Positions 1 through 9,972 of a stretch of 64,000 nucleotides of DNA are shown one piece after another. Position 1 is the stretch's first letter. The number at the start of each line of letters is the position of its first letter. The notes beneath the pieces were generated by a model, which searched no databases, was not told where the DNA came from, and saw only the letters and a list, made by a program, of their open reading frames with translations. This DNA comes from Thermoprotei archaeon (GTDB lineage: Archaea > Thermoproteota > Thermoprotei > Thermoproteales > B15-G16): the NCBI GenBank assembly GCA_003649205.1, contig QMRC01000003.1, positions 227,429 to 291,428 of the forward strand, given 5' to 3'. A program made the translations under genes and the position numbers.

Positions 1-183
1 TGGAAACACATCAGAGTCAATATAACCAATCTCCTCCATATTCAAATTCCTAATCAATTGCATCACTGCTATGGCACCAACAAGACCAACATCAGGTAGA
101 CCCAGCACGAATAGTGAGTCTTGAGGAACATCTTTGTAGAGCTTGACCTCAACAGATACACCACTCACGACCTCACTACTCAT
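1..183 (-). CDS. PAC2-family proteasome assembly chaperone (5' part only; runs off the window start)
   Basis: Manual translation from ATG at 183: MSSEVVSGVSVEVKLYKDVPQDSLFVLGLPDVGLVGAIAVMQLIRNLNMEEIGYIDSDVFP; GLPDVGLVG is the PAC2 signature. Confidence 0.8.
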   Translation of the reverse strand, partial: MSSEVVSGVSVEVKLYKDVPQDSLFVLGLPDVGLVGAIAVMQLIRNLNMEEIGYIDSDVFP

Positions 184-212
184 CTCGACACCTGTTGTGT
201 AGTAGCCTCAGA

Positions 213-230
213 AGTAAAAAAGCTTTAAAG
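213..230 (+). promoter_or_regulatory. BRE/TATA-like promoter between the divergent PAC2 and DUF211 genes
   Basis: AAAAAAGCTTTAAAG upstream of SD GGTGAGG and ATG 275. Confidence 0.5.
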
Positions 231-274
231 AGGTACTAATCTACATTAACTTAGGAATCCTCGGTGAGGACTAC

Positions 275-547
275 ATGTTAAGTAGTGATAGAGAAGTTGT
301 CTGTAAATTGGTTCTCGACGTCTTAAAACCACATAACCCCTCAATAGTTGACCTAGCAAAGAGCATACTGAAGGTAGCTGGGGTTAAGCACGTGAGGATA
401 TCTGTACAGGAAGTTGACGTAAACACTGAAACCGTCAAGATAGTGGTTGAAGGTGAAGGATTTGACTTTGAGAAACTAAAGAAAGTTATCGAGAATTTAG
501 GTGCGGTTATCCACAGCATAGACGAGGTAGTTATACGCAAAGTGTAA
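275..547 (+). CDS. DUF211-family protein
   Basis: LVLDVLKPH..P and GAVIHSIDEV motifs; SD GGTGAGG upstream. Confidence 0.85.
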   Translation: MLSSDREVVCKLVLDVLKPHNPSIVDLAKSILKVAGVKHVRISVQEVDVNTETVKIVVEGEGFDFEKLKKVIENLGAVIHSIDEVVIRKV

Positions 548-594
548 TCTTCATCAATCTGTGCGAGAGTCCTACATCACTCAATCAGCTAACA

Positions 595-948
595 CTACTG
601 TGATAACTTAACCTCGTAAATGAGTTCTCCTCTATCATTTAATCTCTTAACTAACTTACCTTCCTTCTCAAGCTTTGAAATTACTGTGAACACCTTACTC
701 AGTGGTATTCTCCTTGTTTTAGCCCAATCGATTAAGTCCTTCTTCGTAACTCTCTTAAATCTTGTCAAGAACGAAGCAACAAGCTCCTCCTCGCTTGCTG
801 TTACGGTTGTGTGTATGGTTGTTAAGGTTGGTGCTGTGGTTGTTTTTTCCTCAACTACTTTAGTTGGCTTCTCTTCAGATTCCTCGACAAAGGATAGGAT
901 ACTCAATCCCTTACTCTCTTCACTCTTTCTTCTCCTCCTCTTACTCAT
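595..948 (-). CDS. Hypothetical protein with C-terminal winged-helix domain
   Basis: 117 aa; low-complexity linker followed by wHTH-like 'VFTVISKLEKEGKLVKR...IYEV'; overlaps upstream gene by 4 nt. Confidence 0.6.
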   Translation of the reverse strand: MSKRRRRKSEESKGLSILSFVEESEEKPTKVVEEKTTTAPTLTTIHTTVTASEEELVASFLTRFKRVTKKDLIDWAKTRRIPLSKVFTVISKLEKEGKLVKRLNDRGELIYEVKLSQ

Positions 949-1607
949 GCTCGATCACTACTTCTTTCAGGCTCAAAAACCTTAATATCCCTTACTTTCT
1001 CCATGAGCAGAGTAAGCACCTCTACACCTCTCATCCTAGTACCACAGAGATTACACACTATGTAGTAGTCTCTAACTGGACACTCGTATATGTATGAGGG
1101 TCTCCAAGTACGAGATACGTAGTAGTGCTCAATAACGTTACCACACTTGGGACAGGGTAGACCGTAGTGAGCTTGTGTAAGTAATTCGTTGTCCCTAACA
1201 ACCTCAAGCATGTACTTCGTAGTCACTGTGTATATTATCTTCTCAAAAGATGCTTCAACCCTAGTATCGTAGACACTAAGACCATAGACATCTACCTGAT
1301 ACCTAAGTCCATACCATCTCTCAGCTCTCTCAAAGCTAGTCTGAACCTCGTACACGACAATACTCGGTATCCTACACAAGATTATCACTGAGGTACCTCT
1401 ACCTTCATCAATACATAGCTTCTCAGCTAAGAACCTAGGATCGTGCCAAAACTCATCATTATTGAGTAGCCATAACCTAACACAGTGTGATCCAATAGAG
1501 ACATCATACACATCTAGATCGAGTTGAGTAACTTTTGTAGTGAAGTACTTAGCAAGATTGAGTACTCTATCGAGAACCTTCCTGTAGACAACTTCGAGCG
1601 CTGACAA
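945..1607 (-). CDS. Hypothetical protein with C-terminal Zn ribbon
   Basis: 220 aa; CPKC...CNLC motifs. Confidence 0.6.
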   Translation of the reverse strand: MSALEVVYRKVLDRVLNLAKYFTTKVTQLDLDVYDVSIGSHCVRLWLLNNDEFWHDPRFLAEKLCIDEGRGTSVIILCRIPSIVVYEVQTSFERAERWYGLRYQVDVYGLSVYDTRVEASFEKIIYTVTTKYMLEVVRDNELLTQAHYGLPCPKCGNVIEHYYVSRTWRPSYIYECPVRDYYIVCNLCGTRMRGVEVLTLLMEKVRDIKVFEPERSSDRA

Positions 1608-1697
1608 GATAGCTGTACCTCCTACTATTATACCTATAACTTAACAAAACATTGACTTAACCTTACCCATTTACTAAGTCAGAGTTGGGTCAAGAAC

Positions 1698-1922
1698 ATG
1701 GTTGAAAATAGTTCCTGTCCTTACTACTGTGAGACACGTGATGGAAGGAGATGCATCTTCCTATCACCGGAGGAGTGGAGAATTAGGCATGAGAAGCTAC
1801 TTAATTACTGTAGGAACGGAGGTAAGGGATGTTGCATCCTCGCTAGAGTACTACCACTACTAGATAGCTTTAGAAGGTATGGAGCAGGTAACCAGAATAC
1901 TCTAGTTGAGAGCATTTGCTAA
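1698..1922 (+). CDS. Small Cys-rich putative metal-binding protein
   Basis: CPYYC...C...YC....CC in 74 aa; divergent from the 945-1607 gene. Confidence 0.55.
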   Translation: MVENSSCPYYCETRDGRRCIFLSPEEWRIRHEKLLNYCRNGGKGCCILARVLPLLDSFRRYGAGNQNTLVESIC

Positions 1923-1983
1923 TACTTTAATACCTAGTAAACAAGTCTAAGTCACAAGTAGGGAATTACTTGGGTGAAATGCT

Positions 1984-2688
1984 GTGTCACTAGGTATTAG
2001 AGGACTGCTAATGGACGTCAATGTTGTGCTTGACTACAGTGAGTATGTCAATAACATAGCTAGTATGCTGAAGAGAGAGTACCCAATTAGAGAGGACACG
2101 GAATCCATAGCGAAGAAGTTGAGGAATGAAATCGAGAGAAGGTATGTAAATGCTATAGCAAGGGGTCAGTTTAGAAATATGAAGGAGATAATTCGAGATA
2201 GTGTACGAAGACTACTTGAGGAAAATAATATTGTCATTGGTCCTACAGAACTCGGTTTCCTAGCCGATTCAGCTATGACCTGCATGATAAATGCCGCAAA
2301 ACCCTATCAGGATTCAGAGGAGGCATTAGCTAAGTTGAGACAGAGAGGTATGTCATTGTGCATAGTGACTAATCTTGATGGTGACGTAGCTAGGAAGATG
2401 CTGATATCCTCAGGGCTATTCAAGTACTTTATAGGTGTTGTTAGTGCTGACGTTACTGGAGTACCTAAACCAAATAGAAAGATATTCCAGGTTGCTCTCA
2501 AGAAAATGAGGTGTAAACCCACTCAAGTACTGGTCGTGGGTACAAGTTGGGAAGATATCTTAGGCGGTAAGACAGCAGGCATAAAGACAATACTCCTAAC
2601 ACGTGGAAGAGATATACAGACATCAGTTGCACCGGACCTAACACTAAACAACCTAAGTGATCTACTGAAGATACTAGGTATCGTGTAG
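1984..2688 (+). CDS. HAD-superfamily hydrolase
   Basis: LLMDVN motif I, IVTN motif II, KPNRKIF motif III, VG...D motif IV (divergent). Confidence 0.75.
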   Translation: MSLGIRGLLMDVNVVLDYSEYVNNIASMLKREYPIREDTESIAKKLRNEIERRYVNAIARGQFRNMKEIIRDSVRRLLEENNIVIGPTELGFLADSAMTCMINAAKPYQDSEEALAKLRQRGMSLCIVTNLDGDVARKMLISSGLFKYFIGVVSADVTGVPKPNRKIFQVALKKMRCKPTQVLVVGTSWEDILGGKTAGIKTILLTRGRDIQTSVAPDLTLNNLSDLLKILGIV

Positions 2689-2704
2689 TAGAGGTAGCAG
2701 TGCT

Positions 2705-3178
2705 TCAGTGACCACCCTTAGCCCTAGCTGCTTCGTGTCTCTTCTTCAGCATCCTCTCCTTGTACTTCTTCTTCCACTTCCACTTATGTGTCTCATGTAG
2801 TCCAACGCTGTAGAGACCTCTCATCCTGTACCCTGCTGGTGTACAGCCTCTGAAGACTCTCCCTCTCTTCCTCTTAATCTTAATCACCTTCGGTAATGTT
2901 GGTTGTGGTGGTACAATCTCACCCTTCTTAACTTTCTCTAACCACTCTCTTAGTCGCTCAATGTTTTCCTGATACACTGTCTTCCTTCTCTCATCGACGT
3001 ATATACCGAGTAATCTAGCTTCACGAACTGTTAGTCCAAGAGCTTCTATCTCGCCGATGGAGTATCCTCTACCTACCTTGTACATTCTCGGTGGTACTCC
3101 ACCAAATGTAATTAACCTAGGTACCTTAACTATTGGTGGTGGAGGTGGTTCAACTCTAGGTTGCTGTATCTGGCTCAT
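2705..3178 (-). CDS. rpl13e: 50S ribosomal protein L13e with basic C-terminal extension
   Basis: [12 protein letters not shown]...[12 protein letters not shown] is the L13e signature. Confidence 0.9.
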   Translation of the reverse strand: MSQIQQPRVEPPPPPIVKVPRLITFGGVPPRMYKVGRGYSIGEIEALGLTVREARLLGIYVDERRKTVYQENIERLREWLEKVKKGEIVPPQPTLPKVIKIKRKRGRVFRGCTPAGYRMRGLYSVGLHETHKWKWKKKYKERMLKKRHEAARAKGGH

Positions 3179-3213
3179 AGCTTCACCTTATACCACACCA
3201 CTAGTCAGATCTT

Positions 3214-3471
3214 TTAAGTATTGCCTACATCCCTTCTCCGTACAACCCATAGACCTCTCACATTCACTAACTCCAGAAATCCTAGTTGTTCGAGTTCCTG
3301 AATTACAGCTTCAAATACGTCCTCTGTTACCTTAACTTCGTCTTCGACTAGTTGTCTAACCATGTCATAGAGCATGTTCTTCGGTATAGAATCATTGTGT
3401 TCAAGTAAGATGAATTCGATAGCTCTTTTAACTAATCTGTAGCATAGTAGGTAGTTTGTGAAGTCTCTCAT
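3214..3471 (-). CDS. Small winged-helix-like hypothetical protein
   Basis: FEAVIQELEQLGFLELV pattern; adjacent to the AbrB gene. Confidence 0.55.
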   Translation of the reverse strand: MRDFTNYLLCYRLVKRAIEFILLEHNDSIPKNMLYDMVRQLVEDEVKVTEDVFEAVIQELEQLGFLELVNVRGLWVVRRRDVGNT

Positions 3472-3663
3472 CTACCTACCCAAACTTCCTTCATTCTTAA
3501 CCTCTCTAACTCTTAATTTAGCAACTGGTCTCAGCACTAGTACGTGGTCATCTGCTCTGTACTCTATCTGCATCACTGTACCAGGCTTTAGCTTCAGTGC
3601 GTTTCTGATCACAGCAGGTACCTTGATAGAGAAGTCTTTCTTAACGACTACGTACTCTCTCAC
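3472..3663 (-). CDS. AbrB/MazE/SpoVT-family DNA-binding protein
   Basis: IKVPAVIRNALKLKPGT motif. Confidence 0.8.
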   Translation of the reverse strand: MREYVVVKKDFSIKVPAVIRNALKLKPGTVMQIEYRADDHVLVLRPVAKLRVREVKNEGSLGR

Positions 3664-3721
3664 TCACAGCACCTCGTTGTTGTAAAAGAGAAAAGTTTAT
3701 TTAACGGGGTCATAAACCTGC

Positions 3722-4234
3722 TCATTCTCTAAGCAAGTGAGTATACTTAATCAACGTGTCATATGTATCCAGTACCGACTCGGGGATCACCTTAGTACCA
3801 GCTATCACAGGCATGAAGTTTGTATCACCATTCCACCTAGGTACTATGTGTATGTGTACATGCCCTTCAAATCCTGCACCTGCAACTCTACCTATGTTGA
3901 TACCTATGTTAAATCCATCAGGTCTATACACCTCACGAAGCATCTTCAAACAACGTTTTGTAAGTACCATGAGCTCTGTAAGCTCTTCATCACTTAGCTG
4001 CTCAAGTGAGGGTACATGCCTATAGGGAGCAATCATCAGATGACCTGTATTGTAGGGAAATAGATTAAGCATTACAAGGCAGTACTTTGCACGAAAAAGC
4101 ACTAGGTTTTCTCTCTCCTTACCTACTTCATCGCGAGCCTTACAGAATATACACTCCTCAGTGGGTTTCCTAATTGCAGCGTATTTGACATATCTCATTC
4201 TCCAAGGAGCCCAGAGGAGGTCTAATGCTCTCAA
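3722..4234 (-). CDS. HIT-family hydrolase (Ap4A phosphorylase/Fhit-like)
   Basis: LWAPWR N-terminus, CIFC, HVHIHIVPRW histidine triad. Confidence 0.92.
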   Translation of the reverse strand: MRALDLLWAPWRMRYVKYAAIRKPTEECIFCKARDEVGKERENLVLFRAKYCLVMLNLFPYNTGHLMIAPYRHVPSLEQLSDEELTELMVLTKRCLKMLREVYRPDGFNIGINIGRVAGAGFEGHVHIHIVPRWNGDTNFMPVIAGTKVIPESVLDTYDTLIKYTHLLRE

Positions 4235-4244
4235 GTACGTAGCC

Positions 4245-5219
4245 TCACTTCATCGGTATCTTAATGTCTAGTTCCTTAGCCAATTCCTTATACCTATTCC
4301 TAACTGTCACCTCAGTAACTCTTGCTGCCTGTGCAATTTCTTTCTGCGTTCTCACTTCTCCAAGGAGGAGTGATGCAATGTAGATTGCTGCTGCAGCTAA
4401 TCCCGCTGGATCCTTACCTGCAGTTAACCCTCTCTTTTTGGCCTCCTTAAGTATCTCAATAGCCTTCCTGACGCACATACCACTAAGCTTTAGTTGTTCA
4501 GCTATCCTAGGTACGTAGTCTATTGGATCTGCTAGTGGTACTCTGAGGTTTATCTCCCTAAGCAATAGTCTGTAGCACCTAGCTACATCCTTTCTACCGG
4601 ACTTCGTGTATCTAGCTATCTCGTCTAGTGTTCTTGGTATCTTGTACATTCTACAGGCTGCGTAGATAGCTGCTGCCATTATTGACTCAATAGACCTACC
4701 TCTAACCAGTCCCTTCTCAAGAGCTTGCCTGTATATGTCTAGTGCCTGATCCATTACGTGTCTCGGTAATCCTAGCTGCGAACCAATTCTCTGAAGCTCA
4801 TTAACTGCCTGTGCTAGATTTCTCTCAATGGATGTCTGCATCCTAATTCTGATCTGCCACTTCCTCCATCTCAAGCTCTCTAGCTTTCTCTTGAGACTTA
4901 GCTCCCTACCTGTGTAGTCCTTACCCTTCCAATCTATCATCGTAACTAAGCTATCTGGTGTCAATCTAGTTAGTGGTGAACCAACTCTACTCCTCTTCTC
5001 CCTCTCTTCTGGTGTAAATGCTCTCCACTCTGGTCCTCTATCAACTATCCTCTCAGTGAATACGTAACCACATACCTCACAAATTATCTCTCCTCTTTGG
5101 TAATCTTGAACAAACCTTGTACTACCACAGATTGGGCACCTAACCTCTTCAGTAATTTCACTACTTACGTTCTCCTTCCTACGTTCCAAACCCCTACCAG
5201 AAGTAATTTCGGTGCTCAT
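4245..5219 (-). CDS. tfb: Transcription initiation factor IIB
   Basis: Zn ribbon CPICG..CEVCG, GPEWRAF B-reader, two cyclin repeats, [13 protein letters not shown]. Confidence 0.97.
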   Translation of the reverse strand: MSTEITSGRGLERRKENVSSEITEEVRCPICGSTRFVQDYQRGEIICEVCGYVFTERIVDRGPEWRAFTPEEREKRSRVGSPLTRLTPDSLVTMIDWKGKDYTGRELSLKRKLESLRWRKWQIRIRMQTSIERNLAQAVNELQRIGSQLGLPRHVMDQALDIYRQALEKGLVRGRSIESIMAAAIYAACRMYKIPRTLDEIARYTKSGRKDVARCYRLLLREINLRVPLADPIDYVPRIAEQLKLSGMCVRKAIEILKEAKKRGLTAGKDPAGLAAAAIYIASLLLGEVRTQKEIAQAARVTEVTVRNRYKELAKELDIKIPMK

Positions 5220-5312
5220 AATTCGTAACCTTTATTAACCCTTAACCACGCTCCCCTAGTTCTACCCCCTAATAAACCTTACTATTTCTTAACTGAATGC
5301 CTCACAGCAGAT

Positions 5313-6290
5313 CTACTTACAACTCTTCACGATATTATGTAGTTTCACTAGAATCCATGGGACAAGTAGTTCTGGTGAACTTCCCTCTAGAACTCTATAG
5401 TGAAATTCACCACAGAGATCAGCTAGCTTTGGTTTTATGTACTCAGGAACGTTTAATTTGATTAGTTCTCTGTGAAGTAGCTTAGCTAGGTCAACGCCAC
5501 TAATGCCATGCTCAGTCATTAAGTTGAGTAGCTTTATCGCTGCTTCACCTACCTTACCTTCCACAGCTAATTGGATTACGTTTCTCAAGTCTTTAGCACT
5601 GATCCTGCCTACGACACGGTATACTGTAGCTTCGTCAACTACTCTCGTAAGTGCAGCTGCTGCTTGAAGTAGATTTATTGCTTTTCTCATGTCTCCACCA
5701 GTGATGTCCCAAATTGCTTCAAGAGCTTCATCAGTTATTTGAAAACCTTCGCACTTAGCTATGTACCTTAGTCTTTCGAAGACAGCATCCTTTGGTAGTG
5801 GTGAGAATCTGAAGACAGCACACCTAGATTGAATTGGCTCTATTATTCCAGATAGGTAGTTCGCTATGAGACAGAACCTAGTAGTTCTCGAGTGTTCCTC
5901 CATGATTCTTCTAAGTGCTTGCTGAGCTTCAGACGTCATGTTGTCAGCCTCATCTAGTATCACCATCTTGAACGGTACATCGGGTACTGTAGACATCATC
6001 CTAGCAAATTCCTTAACCTTCTCACGGATCATAGCTATACCTCTCTCATCAGATGCGTTGAGCTCTAAAACATTCTCCTCTACCTTATCTCCATACAGTT
6101 CATACGCTAGACATAGTGCAGCAGTTGTCTTACCACAACCTGGAGGACCTACGAATAGTAAGTGGGGCATTGACTTAGCCTTGACAAATTCCTTAAGTCT
6201 CTCAACAACATCTCTCTGATCAACCATCTCATCAAGTCTCTTAGGCCTATACTTCTCTACCCATAACTCACCAAACCTTACTCTACTCAA
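5313..6290 (-). CDS. rfcS: Replication factor C small subunit
   Basis: WVEKYRP, GPPGCGKT, ELNASDERG, DEAD and SRC motifs. Confidence 0.95.
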   Translation of the reverse strand: MSRVRFGELWVEKYRPKRLDEMVDQRDVVERLKEFVKAKSMPHLLFVGPPGCGKTTAALCLAYELYGDKVEENVLELNASDERGIAMIREKVKEFARMMSTVPDVPFKMVILDEADNMTSEAQQALRRIMEEHSRTTRFCLIANYLSGIIEPIQSRCAVFRFSPLPKDAVFERLRYIAKCEGFQITDEALEAIWDITGGDMRKAINLLQAAAALTRVVDEATVYRVVGRISAKDLRNVIQLAVEGKVGEAAIKLLNLMTEHGISGVDLAKLLHRELIKLNVPEYIKPKLADLCGEFHYRVLEGSSPELLVPWILVKLHNIVKSCK

Positions 6291-6343
6291 AAATAATCAC
6301 CTCAGGAACTCCATCAATAAAGTACGTAGAGGGAGTTAACAAG

Positions 6344-6757
6344 TTATATCCTATACCTTGATTCTCTAGATGTCTCTCCTCTCTCCTCTTCCTCCTCTTC
6401 AAAGAGAGGGTGAAGTTCTTCCCTACTCTCAAGCAACTTAACTAGGTGATTTCTGTACTCATTAACGTGCTCAATACTTAGGTCGAGAATCTTCAGCATT
6501 ATATTGGACAACCTCTCTTGAACCTCCTTAACAACTTCAAGCGGCATGGGACCTACGATGAATGGTGATTGAAGCCAAGTCTCAAATCCCTTGATAGTCT
6601 TAAGCATTCTACTGCAGACATACCTTATGGTGAGAATTAGGTCCAATCTATCACACTTATCTAGCTTACTCCTATACCTCCTAATAAATTCAAGAACTCT
6701 CTTCTGATCTTCAACCCAAACATCTAGATTCCTGAGGAAGGTCTCAACATCTCTCAT
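6344..6757 (-). CDS. DUF2153-family protein
   Basis: DRLDLIL...R...TIKGFETWLQSP pattern typical of this crenarchaeal family. Confidence 0.75.
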   Translation of the reverse strand: MRDVETFLRNLDVWVEDQKRVLEFIRRYRSKLDKCDRLDLILTIRYVCSRMLKTIKGFETWLQSPFIVGPMPLEVVKEVQERLSNIMLKILDLSIEHVNEYRNHLVKLLESREELHPLFEEEEEERGETSRESRYRI

Positions 6758-6804
6758 ACTACATCACCAAATTACTTGCAGTAACAACTACCTCCTACTC
6801 ACTT

Positions 6805-7875
6805 TTATCCCTTCCGTGTACCTACCTCAGCAAGTACCTTAACAAAGAAGAATCCAGATAGTACGAGTGGTGTATAGTAGGTTATGATTCTCCACCAAAC
6901 TAGAAGTGAACCAACTACCTCCCTACCTAACCACATGGAGTAGAGGACTACGAAGCTTATATCAAAGAGACCGCTACCACCGGGTAGTATTGGTATGGCG
7001 AGCACTGCATGTAGTAGTACTTGGAGACAGGTATTTAGTATGAAGTCGAAGCTAGGGTCCAGTCCAGATATTAGGAAGTAGGCAACTGTGAAGAGATTTA
7101 TCCAGTGAGCAATTGTCAATACCATCAAGATAGTTAGTACTTTTGCGCCGCACTGGAGTAGGCTTCTTAAGCTCTTGCACCAGCTATCTAGCTCGAGTTC
7201 TACTTTACTCATGACTTTCTGTATGTCGTTATTGTTGAGTCTATTCTTCAGTACCTGTGTATTAGCTACTTTCTCAGCTAGTTTCCTCACTACTCCTATG
7301 ATTTTATGCATTGTTTTCTCATTGAGTAGTCTATACACAGTTAGGTAGAGGAGTGCTGTAGGTGTAACAAAGACGAGGAGTGTGAGTAGCATGAAGAAGC
7401 TACTGATACTGAAAAACGACCTCAGGTACGTGAAAGCTAGTAGCGATAGTATGCATAGTCCTGTGGTGTCTAGGATTATCTCCCACATAGCTACTGTCAC
7501 TGCTTCTCCATAGCTGATACCCCCATACCTTGAGTAGAGATACACTCTGAGTGGTTCACCACCGAAGTATGTTGGTGTTATTAGTGATAGGTATAGGGAT
7601 GATAGATTGACTTTGAGCGCGTTGAGAAGTGTGATATGTGATCCCAAGGTCTTTACTAGGATTCTTGCTCTTAAAGCTATTAGTATCCAGTGTGTGAGCA
7701 GTGCCATGTACGCTAGTATTAGGTAGCTAATGCTTAGCTTAGGTACGTGAGAGAGATCAATTATTCCAAGATGCCAAAGCACTATTACCGTAATTACGTT
7801 CACTGTGATACCTATGACCAGACCTAGCACTCTCTCTCGTCTGAGTACTAACTTCATGAGCATCTCTCCTTTCAA
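6805..7875 (-). CDS. Flippase-like membrane protein (LPG synthase TM/UPF0104)
   Basis: Multiple TM helices; TPTYFGGEP, PGGSG and WRIITYY motifs. Confidence 0.85.
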   Translation of the reverse strand: MKGEMLMKLVLRRERVLGLVIGITVNVITVIVLWHLGIIDLSHVPKLSISYLILAYMALLTHWILIALRARILVKTLGSHITLLNALKVNLSSLYLSLITPTYFGGEPLRVYLYSRYGGISYGEAVTVAMWEIILDTTGLCILSLLAFTYLRSFFSISSFFMLLTLLVFVTPTALLYLTVYRLLNEKTMHKIIGVVRKLAEKVANTQVLKNRLNNNDIQKVMSKVELELDSWCKSLRSLLQCGAKVLTILMVLTIAHWINLFTVAYFLISGLDPSFDFILNTCLQVLLHAVLAIPILPGGSGLFDISFVVLYSMWLGREVVGSLLVWWRIITYYTPLVLSGFFFVKVLAEVGTRKG

Positions 7876-7896
7876 CTCGTCGTAGTTATGAGGTAT

Positions 7897-7913
7897 AAGA
7901 AAAAAGTTTAAAG
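7897..7913 (+). promoter_or_regulatory. BRE-TATA promoter of trkA-mscS
   Basis: AAGAAAAAAGTTTAAAG about 40 nt upstream of ATG 7953. Confidence 0.55.
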
Positions 7914-7952
7914 TACAGGTATTGAGGTGCTTCTGGGTAAGGGACTTTAGTC

Positions 7953-8609
7953 ATGAATATCTTAATTGTTGGAGCCAATGAGATAACGGCTGAGCTAGCC
8001 AAGAAGCTAGCTCAGAAAGGTCATTCCGTTATCCTGGTTGGTAGAGATGCTAGCATATGTGAAGAGGTTGCTGCTACTTCTGATGTATTGGTAGTTACAG
8101 GTGACTACACGGATTTGGATTTTCTTGAGCGTCAGGGTATAGAGTTTAAGCGTATGGATGTCGTTGTCATAGCTACTGGTAGTGATGAAGTAAACCTGAT
8201 GTTATCTGTCATAGCTAAGAACTTGGGGGCAGATAGGGTTATTACCTTGGTCAATAATGAGAAGATTGAGAGAATACTCATGAGGTTAGGTATTGAGTGT
8301 CTCGGTTTTTCCAAGACTATTGCCGCACTCTTAGAGGCACGTGTAGAAGGTAGGAGAACTGTTACTGAGCTTCTTGAAGCAATGGGCTCAGACTATAGGT
8401 TGGTTGCTCTTCAGATTGAGGAGGATGACACTAGCGTTGGTAAGAGATTGAGTGAGTTACCTCTACCATCCATGAGTAGGATATTGGCTGTTTTTGATGG
8501 TGAAAAGCTCGTTCTCCCTGATCAGGATATCACGATTAAGCCTGGCTCTGTAATCATAGCTCTAGTACATAAGGACCATGTCAAGCAGTTTAGGGAGACG
8601 TTTAAGTAG
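7953..8609 (+). CDS. trkA: TrkA-family potassium uptake NAD-binding protein
   Basis: N-terminal Rossmann ILIVGA; TrkA-N plus TrkA-C (RCK) architecture. Confidence 0.85.
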   Translation: MNILIVGANEITAELAKKLAQKGHSVILVGRDASICEEVAATSDVLVVTGDYTDLDFLERQGIEFKRMDVVVIATGSDEVNLMLSVIAKNLGADRVITLVNNEKIERILMRLGIECLGFSKTIAALLEARVEGRRTVTELLEAMGSDYRLVALQIEEDDTSVGKRLSELPLPSMSRILAVFDGEKLVLPDQDITIKPGSVIIALVHKDHVKQFRETFK

Positions 8610-8623
8610 GTAGAGGGTTTTGG

Positions 8624-9397
8624 ATGGTGTTTGAGCTTGCTTTCATAACTAAAGAGCAGGGAATTAGTTTACTTGTTGTGATAATCACGGTGCTAATCAT
8701 CAGAATCGGTCTAGGTAAACTCATTACTAGGTTAGAAAGGAAAGATGTTATACTACCTTCAACAGCTGATGAACTTAGGAACGTACTCAATCTATTCGTA
8801 ACCATAATACTCATCATGGCAATAATCTCAATACTACTTGTACGGGTTTCACAGTACATAGCCTATGGTGTGTTAATACTATTTGCAGTAGCTTTGATAT
8901 CCATTAGAGATGTCATAGCTAATTACATATCTTACTACGTGATAGTCCTATCTAGAGTTGTGTCAACAAGGGATGTTGTTCACCTGAGAGAGAGCGACAT
9001 CAGGGGTAGGGTAATTAGGATAACCCCTATGTACACTGAGATTCGAACTGATGAAGGTCACATAGTTAGGATACCAAATTACGACCTCTTGAGAACCCCA
9101 ATAATGATTTATCGTGGTCTATACAGGATATGTATAATGTTGAGAATAAGAGGTAGGGGTAGAGTTAATGTGAAGGAGATTGAGGATAAGATTAGGTCAT
9201 TTCTAGAGAAATATGGTGAGATCGATAAGAGTAAACCACCTGAGATAGTGTTGTCCGACTTATCAGAGGAAGAGTGTTACATGAGGATTACCGTGTACGT
9301 AGCTAATCCAGAGAGAGTTAGTAGAGTCGCTATGGACCTAGTTGAGAGATTGAAGCGAGTACTAGCACCTCTTGAAGTAACAGCACACACAGCTTAG
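8624..9397 (+). CDS. mscS: Small-conductance mechanosensitive channel
   Basis: 3 TM helices; GRVIRI...TEIRTDEGHIVRIPN beta domain. Confidence 0.85.
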   Translation: MVFELAFITKEQGISLLVVIITVLIIRIGLGKLITRLERKDVILPSTADELRNVLNLFVTIILIMAIISILLVRVSQYIAYGVLILFAVALISIRDVIANYISYYVIVLSRVVSTRDVVHLRESDIRGRVIRITPMYTEIRTDEGHIVRIPNYDLLRTPIMIYRGLYRICIMLRIRGRGRVNVKEIEDKIRSFLEKYGEIDKSKPPEIVLSDLSEEECYMRITVYVANPERVSRVAMDLVERLKRVLAPLEVTAHTA

Positions 9398-9972
9398 CTA
9401 GCTCTAACGTAGATGTCACCTCTCTTCAGTACGTAACCTAGCCTATTTAGTAATACAAAGAGCTGCTGTTCACGCTCAGTAAGTACCTTATCTACGTCAG
9501 TTACCTTGAGCGGTAGCTTCGCTAGTATTCTTTCAATAACGTTTTTTGTCGTTACGACCTCTACATTAAGACCTTCATCACGTAAATGAACTAATGCACC
9601 CTCCTCAATTAACCTCTGGAGCTTCTTCTTAGCCTTGATTTCTGATGGGAATACGTAAACCCTACTCTCAATGTACTGGACAAGATCCTCATAGTACTTT
9701 CTCACTTCTTTCTTCACTCTTCTTCGCTCCCTAACCTCTAATAGTTCACGAAGTTCATCTAGTTTACCTTTCAAGACCTCGATCTCTCCCTCAATAACAT
9801 CTAGTCTGCTCAGAATCTCCCTCAACACCTCACTCTGCTCTAGGAATCTCTTAATCACGTATTCTAGAGCTTCACCCTCACTTCTTAAACCAGCTACCTC
9901 CTTAATAACCTTCAGCAACCTATACCCATCCTCAGTTATCTTAACCTCTCTCACACCAGACATAGCTATCAT
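9394..9972 (-). CDS. RHH/CopG-like coiled-coil protein
   Basis: N-terminal ribbon-helix-helix pattern followed by coiled coil. Confidence 0.55.
   Translation of the reverse strand: MIAMSGVREVKITEDGYRLLKVIKEVAGLRSEGEALEYVIKRFLEQSEVLREILSRLDVIEGEIEVLKGKLDELRELLEVRERRRVKKEVRKYYEDLVQYIESRVYVFPSEIKAKKKLQRLIEEGALVHLRDEGLNVEVVTTKNVIERILAKLPLKVTDVDKVLTEREQQLFVLLNRLGYVLKRGDIYVRAS

Noticed and set aside
545-600. C/D-like motifs on the minus strand (CTGA..GTGATGT-12 nt-CAGA-TTGATGA)
   Set aside because: No terminal D box at the expected spacing; incomplete unit.
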